Below, in pieces: positions 44,573-53,878 of a stretch of DNA of 64,000 nucleotides. The translations under genes and the position numbers were made by a program. The notes beneath the pieces are model-generated. The model searched no databases. It was not told the DNA's origin and worked only from the letters and a program-made list of their open reading frames with translations. The stretch's first letter is position 1; each line of letters begins with the position of its first letter. Source of the DNA: Anaeramoeba ignava BMAN (taxonomy: Eukaryota > Protista > Anaeramoebae); assembly GCA_028826165.1 (NCBI GenBank), contig JAPDFW010000054.1:496001-560000 (forward strand), read 5' to 3'.

Positions 44573-46330
44573 TTAATTTTGATTATTAAATTTTTTAATT
44601 AATAAATCAAATAAATTTGGATTTGTTTGATTTAATTGAAAATAATCAATTCCTGTTTCTAACTCATCAATAATTTCTTGTGTAATTTGAATTTCATCTT
44701 TAATTTGATTTAAATAAATCCAATATTCAAATATTTGAAATGATTTATTACTTAATTCACTATAATCTGTAACTTTATTAGAAGTATCTTCTGTAACAGA
44801 TAAAAACATTCCTCGATATAATTCACTTCTCATTATTAATATTAATTTTGGAAATTTATATTGTTTTTCTTTTCTTTCAATTATAAAATCTTTTTCATTT
44901 TCATTTTCATTTAAATAAATTCTTTTCATTGTTTCTTCAATTTTTTCATTTGAATTTATAATTTCTTTAATTTCAGAATATAATTTTGGATTTATAATTC
45001 TGTTTGAATAAATCATTTCAAATATTTGATTTGATTCTTTAATTGATTTATTTGAAATAATTTCTTGAAGTTTTTCAATTTCATTTTGATTTAATCTATA
45101 TTTCAATATTAATTTATGAGCTTCAATTATTTCTCCATTTTCTGTTTTAAATGAAATATCACAAAATTCTTTTCTTCCAAATAATTTTATCAAATCTTCT
45201 TCAAGATTGGAAAAAGGAGAAAGAAAAGGAGAATAATAAAGAAACGATTCGTAAGCTCCACAAGAAAGATGGTAATTAGAAATATTTTCATTAAATCTTA
45301 ATTTAGGAAGTTCAATTTGAATTGGAATTAATTGATATTCTGTATCTCCAGTTCCTAATTCACCATATTCCCCCTCTCCAAAGCATATCAATTTTGAATT
45401 GGAAGTTAAAATCAAAGTATGATATCTTCCACAAGAAAAATCAAGAATATTATCATTTTCAAATAAAGATGATTTGATTTCAGTAAATTCATAAGTATCT
45501 TCATTTTTGCCAAGTCCATTACATGGATAATTTCCACATGAATAAAGTTTTCTTTTTGGATTTTCATTTTCATCTTCAATCAACATTATTGAATAAGCTT
45601 CTCCAGATTTGATATCAATTATTTTGCCTTTTGGAATATTTTGGATTTTGGTTAATTTTTGGATTTTTGTTTCTTTTCTTGATTCTCCTAATCCAAGTTG
45701 ACCATTACCATTATATCCGCATCCAAATAATTCTTGATTTGAATTTAAAAGAAAAACAAAATAAGAAGAATTTCCCAAAAATATTTTAGAAACATTTTTC
45801 ATCATTAAAATTGGTTTTTCTGTTTTATAAAGTGTTTCATAATCAAAACCAAGTTGACTATAATCATTTGAACCAATTCCATAAACATTATGATTTGAAG
45901 TTAATAAATAAATTGAATCCCATCCAGAAATAACATCTTCAATTACTCTATCATTTTTATCTTTAATTAATGATGAAATATTGATAAATTCTTTTGGGTT
46001 ATATGGATTAATATCTTTTCCTTTGACAAAAACATTTCTTTCATAAGTTAAAATAGCTACATTTCGAAAACCAACAGATACTTTTTCAATATTTTCAATT
46101 TGGATTTTTTCAGGATTTTGTTTTGGATCGTTTTGATTTGAGTATTCTATTGCTTTTCCATTTTCAAAAAGGAAAATTGTTGAATCAAAACTTGTTGAAA
46201 TTTGTTTAATTTGTTTTTCATTTTCATTTTCATTTTCAAATTTAAATTGAATTGGTTTTTTTATTGAATTTGGTTTATTTTCGATAAGTCTTGGATTTTC
46301 ATTTCTTCCAAAAAATATAATTTCATTCAT
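44573..46330 (-). CDS. RCC1-repeat propeller + tandem BTB protein (intact copy)
   Basis: Uninterrupted ORF with the same architecture. The start MNEIIFFG matches the paralogues. Confidence 0.92.
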   Translation of the reverse strand: MNEIIFFGRNENPRLIENKPNSIKKPIQFKFENENENEKQIKQISTSFDSTIFLFENGKAIEYSNQNDPKQNPEKIQIENIEKVSVGFRNVAILTYERNVFVKGKDINPYNPKEFINISSLIKDKNDRVIEDVISGWDSIYLLTSNHNVYGIGSNDYSQLGFDYETLYKTEKPILMMKNVSKIFLGNSSYFVFLLNSNQELFGCGYNGNGQLGLGESRKETKIQKLTKIQNIPKGKIIDIKSGEAYSIMLIEDENENPKRKLYSCGNYPCNGLGKNEDTYEFTEIKSSLFENDNILDFSCGRYHTLILTSNSKLICFGEGEYGELGTGDTEYQLIPIQIELPKLRFNENISNYHLSCGAYESFLYYSPFLSPFSNLEEDLIKLFGRKEFCDISFKTENGEIIEAHKLILKYRLNQNEIEKLQEIISNKSIKESNQIFEMIYSNRIINPKLYSEIKEIINSNEKIEETMKRIYLNENENEKDFIIERKEKQYKFPKLILIMRSELYRGMFLSVTEDTSNKVTDYSELSNKSFQIFEYWIYLNQIKDEIQITQEIIDELETGIDYFQLNQTNPNLFDLLIKKFNNQN

Positions 46331-46399
46331 TTTTGAAAAGTAAAAAAATGATTTTTCATTTTTCATTTTTTTATTTTTTTTAAAAAGAAAAAAATAATA
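46331..46399. promoter_or_regulatory. 69-bp bidirectional promoter region between RCC1-BTB and the TBC gene
   Basis: Divergent ATGs at 46330 (-) and 46400 (+), with TCATTTT on both strands in between. Confidence 0.6.
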
Positions 46400-47533
46400 A
46401 TGATATTTTCAACAGAAACAGAATTTAAACAATTTCTTAATGAAAAAATTGAAAAACCAGAAGATTTACAAAAAAAACTAAAACAACTTAAAAAACAAAT
46501 TTTACTTAAAGGATTACCAACACAATCTCAAGTAACCTCACATTTTTTGTGAAATTTTCCAAAATAAATCCCAATGAAACAAATAGGAAAAAACAGCAGG
46601 ATGCACTATAAGAGGGACAGTTTGGAAAATCCTATTAAAAATCCAGACAATTTCAACCGAAAAATATCTCAATTACATTCAAAATGGCGGAATTTCCGAA
46701 AAACAGAGCCAGAAAATAAATAACGATGTTGTGCGTGCTTCCAGAAAGTTGAAAGAAATCAACTCGCAAATTTCGGAAAATTGTCTCAAAAGGGTTCTTG
46801 GAGTCTTCTCTTATAAAATAGGTTTGATCCAAAAAAAAACCGAAAAACAATTTTTGGAATTAAATTTTTCTTTTGGTCAAAAAATAACAAAAAAAACAAC
46901 CATGACTATTAAACAGAGAAACACAACAAAAAACCCGCAGTCATCTCACAACCACATAAAGTAAGCCCTTATGTCCAAGGAATGCCTTTGATTTGCGGAT
47001 TTTTCTTATGCAATATGCCCGAAGTTGATGCGTTCTGCTCTTTCCAAAAACTGATTCTAAATCATTGTCCATTGTATTTCGAACAACAAAATATCGGGCC
47101 GACTCAAGGAACAAAACTTTCACGTCTCATTTTGCAAAAAGTGGATCCAGAATTATTCGCAACTTTTTTGAAATTTGAAAAAGAAAAATTTTTTTCACCT
47201 TTTGAGAAAATTTTGTTTTTCAATCCAATATTGAGTTTTTGCACTGAAATACCCCCAGCTAATCAAGTGATAATGATATGGGACTTTTTATTGGCTTTTG
47301 GTGTGCATCTCAATGTTGTTATTGTTATTGCCTATGTGATTTTATTGAGACAAGAATTTTTATCAGGAAAGCTTTTATCCAATTTTACATCAAGAAAATT
47401 TCCTGAAATTGATGCTAAAGCAACTATTTCTCTTGCAGTTTCTATTATTAGAGAAATACCTGAACAATTAAATAAGGATTTAATTAATCATACTCATAAA
47501 TTTTTACCAAATTTATCAACTGAGCAAATTTAA
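46400..47533 (+). CDS. TBC-domain GAP, Bub2/Cdc16-like
   Basis: Spliced (introns 46532-46586 and 46822-46916): KQILLKGLP, IRGTVWKILL, INNDVVRA (Arg finger), YVQGM (Gln finger) and PPANQVIMIWDFLLAFGVHLNV, typical of Cdc16/Bub2. Confidence 0.82.
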
Positions 47534-47797
47534 AAATTTGATTTAAAAAATTTTAATTTAAAAATTTTAATTTAAAAATTTTAATTATTTTCTTAAATAA
47601 AAAATGTTCCACTTTTTGAATTAAATTTTTGAATTAAATTTTGTTTTTTGTTTTTGTTTTTGTTTTTGTAATTTTAATAACAAACCCATTGAAAAAAAAA
47701 AAAGAAAAAAAAAAGATTAAATTGAAAATTGGAATTAAATTTGAAAGAAAAAAAAAAAATTTTGTTTTGTTTTTTTTTGGTTTTTTGTTTTTAAAAA

Positions 47798-50338
47798 TTA
47801 ATCATTTAAACTTGGATAAAGATTTTTCAATCTGATTTGAGGTTTAACTCTGTTTGGATTATTAATAAAATTAAAAAACTCTTGAAATTTCTTTTTAGCT
47901 TCAGGTGAAAGAGGTCTTGAATTTTCAATAGGTTTTGATTGAGGAAATAAATGTTGAGATCTTTGTGAAAAATAATTTTTTCTTAAATTCATTTCATTTT
48001 CATTTTCATTTTCATTTTCATTTTCATTTTCATTTTGAAATTGTTGAGTTTGAATTGTTTCCATTTTTGGGATCTTTTTTTGATTTGATGAAATTTTTTC
48101 ACTTTTTTTAGCAAAAAATTTCCATAAAAATAAAACAATTAAAAATAAGAAAATCACACAAGCTTGAGAAAACAAGATAAATATGCCTAAAGGCGAGAAA
48201 ACATAGCCATAAATCTTGCAGAGAACGGATTTATATAAAGGAAGTTGAAGGAAGAATTGTGGTTTTTTATTTTCAATGGAATGAACTTTAATTCTTGGGA
48301 AATTCTTCAATTCTTGGAATAAAAGTTCTTCAAATTTGTCTTTGAGATTTAGTTCAAAAACATGGAGTTGCGAATAAAGATCGATTCTGAGCATTTCATC
48401 CTCAACAAAATCACAAACAGAAAAGGTAAATAAAAGATCAGCATGAGAAATAATGCGTTGAATTTCTTTGTGGAGAAGATTTTGATCAAGTAAATTTATT
48501 TCGACACAGAAACCATTAATATTAACAAAATTGTCAAGACAATCTGCGAAGCTTCTTGTGCATACAGCATTCTCTGGGCAAGGTCTACAGAGTGTTGAAT
48601 CCAAACTCTCAGGAGATTCGATTGTTGATAATTTTGTTTCGCAAAAGGGAAATTTTTGTCCGATCACAATTCCGTATTGATTCTCAACAAAAGGAATCAA
48701 ATATATAACGCCAAGAAACACGAGCGCCAAGAGCACAGAAAGAGAAATGAACTTGAGCCAACTAAATGTGGTCTCTGTGTCTTTCTTTGGATGCTGAGAT
48801 TGTTCTTGTTTTTTTGGAAATTTTGGAGGCGTTCTGTTTTCGATCACCATGTTTCTTTCTGTGGGATATGTATCCATCTGCTCTTGCTGTTGGTTGAAGA
48901 CCATTTGTTGCTGTGGCTCAAATGTGCTTCTCGGTTGCATCTCAAATACTTCGTTTTGTTGATGCATTTCATTTCATTCCCAAATTCTAATGTTTTTGGA
49001 TACGAAACTGTTTCATCCATTTGTATTTGGTTCGGATCAAAGAAACCTTGGAAATGAGAAGGTTTTTGATGAGGGTTTTCCAGGTTAATTTCTTCTTCGT
49101 AATCTTGTTGTGTTGTTTGTGGGTAAAGAACAGGCAAACGTTGTGAATTTTGGGAATTTTGGAAATGCGACTTTTCTTCATTTTCCACATTTTCAAAAAA
49201 ATTTACTTGCATATTTTGAATTTGAGCCATTGGTTTCATTTGCTGCATCTCCTCTTGTTTTCTCTGAAATACAAAAGGAGGTGTTTCTTGTTTTGTTTGT
49301 TCAAACGTTTTTTTTTCTGGATTTTTTTTCCCTAAATTTGGATCTTGCATTTTTTTTGGAGAATCAATTTTCTTTGTATATTTTGGTGGAGATTTTTGTG
49401 CTGATTTTGTTTTTTGAATTTCTAATGGTTTTGCTTTTTGAATTTCAAGTGATTTTGTTTTCTTTTTATTTTTGAACAACTCTTCTTGATCTTCTTTTTT
49501 TTGCTGTTTTTGTTTTTGTTTTTGCTGTTTTTTGTCAGGGAAATATTGAGAAACCGTCTCTTCAATTTCTTCATCAGATTCATCTTCATTTTCTGAAGAA
49601 TCTTCTTGAGAATCGGAAAGATTTTTTTGTAACGATTTTTGTTCCACTTTTTTTGGACTTTTTTCTTGTTCATTTTCATCTTCAGAATCAGTTTTTTTCT
49701 CATCTTCCATTTTGGTTTCTTCTTCATCAGATTCCTCTTGGTTTTGGTAAATGAGTTTTTTTGTGATTCCTCCTTTATTTTTGGTTCTTTTTTTGCGCTT
49801 TTTAATTTCAGGTGAGGGCGATACGTCTTCGACTATAACCTCTGGCGATTGAAGTTCAAAGAAGTTTTTATCGGAAAATCTGGATCTACTTTTCTTGATC
49901 TTTCGAACCGACTTTTTATTCTTTTCCTCCTTTACAGTTTTTTTGGGCATTTTTTGGACTTTATTTTTTTGTCTTCCTTTTTGAGATTTTTTTGCTCTTT
50001 TTGTTTTGTGATCTTTTTCTGATTCAGATTCAGAATCTCGACTTAATTTGGTTTCTTCTTGATCTTCCGTTTCATTTTGTTCGTCATTCGTTGTCTCATC
50101 AAGTTCTGTTTTTTTGTATTTTTCATCGTCTTCCGGACTTAAATAAACTGATTTTTTTTTCTTGATCTTTTTTTGTTCTTTTTTTTCTGTTTTCTTTTTT
50201 TTGTTTTTTGGTTTTTTTTTTCAGTTTTTGATAAGTTTGGATCAGAAAATCTTTTGTTGCTCTTGGTTTTGTTACTGTTCCTCCTAGTTTCTCAATTTTA
50301 TCAAGAATTTGTTTTTTCGTTAATCTTGAAATATCCAT
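47798..50338 (-). CDS. Inner nuclear membrane HEH/LEM + Man1-Src1 (MSC) protein, frameshifts near 50150 and 48965
   Basis: N-terminal HEH-like DISRLTKKQILDKIEKLGG...ATKDFLIQTY, a long basic/acidic nucleoplasmic linker, TM1, a luminal Cys motif PFCE..CRPCPENAVC..C..C, then TM2. Confidence 0.75.
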
Positions 50339-50643
50339 TTTTTTTTTGTTTGTTTGTTTTAAATTAATTGATTGATTTTTTTTTAAATTAAATTAAAAAA
50401 GAAAAATAAAGCAAAGTAAAAAAATAAAATTAAACGAATTTTTTAAAAAAAAAAAAGAAAAATCGTTGAAAGAAAAATGAAAACTTGTTATTTAAAAAAA
50501 ATTAACGGTTCAAATAAAAAAAAATAAAAAAATAAAAAAAAAAATTTAATTAAAAATTTAATTAAAATTCGTTGAAAAAAATTTAATTAAAAATTCGACA
50601 AGTTTACCTTTTTCCTTTTTTATTTAATTTTTTGAAATTAAAA

Positions 50644-52129
50644 TTAAATTAAATTTGATCTTGTTTTTCTTTTTCTTCTTTTCCAAAAAATAATAAAAAT
50701 AATTAAAGAAATTAAAATAAAAATTCCAATTATCAATCCAATTATTAAATATTTTTGAGAATTTGTTTTTGTTGTTTCATCAATATTATTTGAAATGAAG
50801 ATTATTTCAAAAGAATAAACTTTTCCTTGATTTGAACTATTCTCAATTATTGTATAAGGAGAACTAGATAAAAGATAATTTTGAAAAACTACAATTTGAT
50901 ATCCAAATCGATTTTCAGCTTCTCCATCACTTGCAATTAAGATTTGTTTTTCATTCCAATAATTTTCATCTTTTTCGTAAATATAAACTTTTCCTTGATG
51001 TGAATTATTTCCAACATTTGCATAAGAAGCACCAATGAATGAAATATTTCCTGAAATTGATAAACTTGAACTAAAATAATCATCAGATTCTCCATCACTT
51101 GCAATTAAGATTTGTTTTTCATTCCAATAAGTTCCATTATTTTCAAAAATATAAGCTTTTCCTTGATTTGTATTATTTCCCAATTGTTGCATAAAAAGAA
51201 CTAATTAATGAAGTAATTCCTGAAATTTCTAATCTATATCCAAAAGAATCATTTGTTTTTCCTTCACTTGTAATTAATATTTGTTTTTCATTCCAATAAG
51301 TTCCATTATTTTCAAAGAAATAAACTTTTCCTTGTTTTGTATTATTTCCAACTGTTGCATAAGGTGATCCAATTAATGAAATATTTCCTGAAATTGATAA
51401 ACCTAAACCAAAATAATCATCTGCTTTTCCATCACTTGCAATTAATATTTGTTTTTCATTCCAATAAGTTCCATTATTTTCAAAGAAATAAACTTTTCCT
51501 TGCCTTGTATTATTTCCAACTTTTGCATAAGAAGAACTAATTAATGAATAATTTCCTGAAATTAATAAACTTGTTCCAAAATAATCACCTGATTCTCCAT
51601 CACTTGTAATTAATATTTGTTTTTCATTCCAATAAGTTCCATTATTTTCAAAGAAATAAACTTTTCCTTGCCTTGAATTAGCTCCAACTTTTGCATAAGG
51701 AGAACAAATTATTGAATAATTTCCTGAAATTGAAGTATCCAAAGCAAAAATATCATCAGCTTCTCCATCACTTGCAACTAAGATTTGTTTTTCATTCCAA
51801 TAAGTTCCATTATTTTCATAAATATAAGCTTTTCCTTGTGAATCAGTAGTTCCAACTTCTGCATTTGGTGAACCAGTTATTGAAATATTTCCTGAAATTG
51901 ATAAACTTGCTCCAAAATAATCATCTGCTTTTCCATCACTTGCTAATATTATTTTTTCATCTTTTAATAACAACGAACTTCCAAATTCAATTCCACTTTT
52001 AATTAAATCTTCTTCTTTTAATAAAATTTTATCAAATAAATTGGATTTTGAATTTTTTTGGATTTTACAATAAAAAGAATTAAAAAGAATTAATAAAATG
52101 AGATAAAATTGAATTGTTTTTAATTTCAT
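50644..52129 (-). CDS. Type I membrane protein with 7 FG-GAP repeats (beta-propeller), frameshift near 51180
   Basis: Signal peptide, seven 56-aa repeats ASDG..DDYFG.S.SISG....G.P......QGK.Y.FE, a C-terminal TM helix and a basic tail (WKRRKRK). Confidence 0.88.
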
Positions 52130-52220
52130 CTGGTAAATCTTTTTTTAAAAAAAAAAATGAAACAAAAACAAATTTATTTTTTCCTTTTTTTTTTCATTTT
52201 TTTTTTCTTTAAAATTAAAA

Positions 52221-53192
52221 ATGAATATTAAAATTGAATTACAAGAAAATATATTTGAACTAATAGAAATTCAATTAAATTGGACAATAAAAGAACTTAA
52301 AGATTTAATTTTAAAAAAAATTCAAATTAATTTTCCTCAATTTAGTCTTGTTTTTAATGATAAAATTTTAGAAGAAAACAAAACAATAGAATTTTATAGT
52401 TAAAATTAGCAAAATCAAAAAATCAAGCATAAGATCATATTAAAAATAAAAATCAATATTTGAATTTTAATAGATATTACAGAAGGTTCAATCATTAAAA
52501 TCAAAGAGGTGAATGAAAAAGATGTGTTTGGTTTATTAAATGGATTTGGAGGAACTGGAAATCCTCCACCAAAAATTTCAACTCTTTTTCCAACAATAGA
52601 AAGTCTTCAGGAAGTTTCTAATGATTCTCTAATGCAAGATTTCTTTGATTTAGTTCAAGATAAACCAGAATATATTGAAGAATTAGTTTCAAATTCACCT
52701 GAAATGCAAATATTACTTAAAAATGATTCAGATTTTTTTGAAGTTATTCATGATTCAAAATTACTTCAATCTTCAATTCTTCGTTTAAATAAGAAAAATT
52801 TATAAATCAAATTGATAATAAGTTAGGAAATTATTTGAAGTTAATCAATTCAAATTTAGAAGAAGAAAAGCGAAGTTTTAAAAAACAAAAATTGTAAATT
52901 AATTTTATATTTAAAATTTTCAATATTTAATAATTAATTTTATTTATTTAATTTTTTTATATTTTCTTTTGGAATCGAAACAGAACAAAAAGTAAATTTA
53001 TTTCCTTTTTTAATTTATTTATTTAATTAACTAATTAATTTATTTTTAGAAAATGAACAAAATCCTTTTCAAAATCAACTACAAGCTTTAATTGAAATGG
53101 GTTTTCAAGATACAAACCAAAATTTACAAGCATTAATTACAACAAATGGAAATCTTGAAAATTCAATAGAATTAATTTTATCACAAAAATAA
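52221..53192 (+). CDS. Ubiquilin/Dsk2-like UBL-STI1-UBA protein
   Basis: UBL (WTIKELKDLI..LVFNDKILEENKTIEFY-NI), STI1-like (KPEYIEELVSNSPEMQ) and UBA (FQNQLQALIEMGFQDTNQNLQALITTNGNLENSIELI). Intron 52399-52473; the 3' exon structure is partly unresolved. Confidence 0.85.
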
Positions 53193-53214
53193 ACATTTTT
53201 TTCCTTCTACAATT

Positions 53215-53595
53215 TAAATTTTGATTTTGATTTTGATTTTAATTTTGATTTTGATTTTGATTTTGAATTTGAATTTAAATTTATATTTTGAATTTGAATT
53301 TAAATTTTGATTTTTATTTTGAATTTAAATTTATATTTTGAATTTTAATTTTGATTTTGATTTTATATTTTGATTTTTATTTTTATTTTGAATTTGAATT
53401 TGATTTTGATTTTGATTTTGATTTTGATTTTGATTTTGATTTTGATTTTGATTTTGATTTTGATTTTGATTTTGATTTTGATTTTGATTTTGATTTTGAT
53501 TTTGATTTTGATTTTGATTTTGATTTTGATTTTGAATTTGATTTTGATTTTAAGTTTTGATTTTGATTTTGGTTTTGATTTTGATTTTGATTTTG
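53215..53595. repeat. (GATTTT)n hexamer microsatellite
   Basis: Visible array with the same unit that encodes (NQ)n on the opposite strand elsewhere. Confidence 0.93.
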
Positions 53596-53878
53596 TTTCA
53601 GTTTTTTCCAAGGATTTTTAATAAATTTTAGGAGAATAAAAAGGATAAGGCCAATTTGTAAGTTTTTCCCAAGGATTTTCAATAAATTTAGGAGAATAAT
53701 AAGAATAAGGCCAAATTTTTGGGTTATTTTGAAAAAATTTTTTATTTTTTTGTCGATATCTTTTAAAATTAGAAGAAGACATTTTTAATAAAGAAAAAAA
53801 ATGAAATTTTCATTTTTCATTTTTTCATTTTTTTCATTTTTTCATTTTTTTCATTTTTTCATTTTTCTTTTATTAAAA

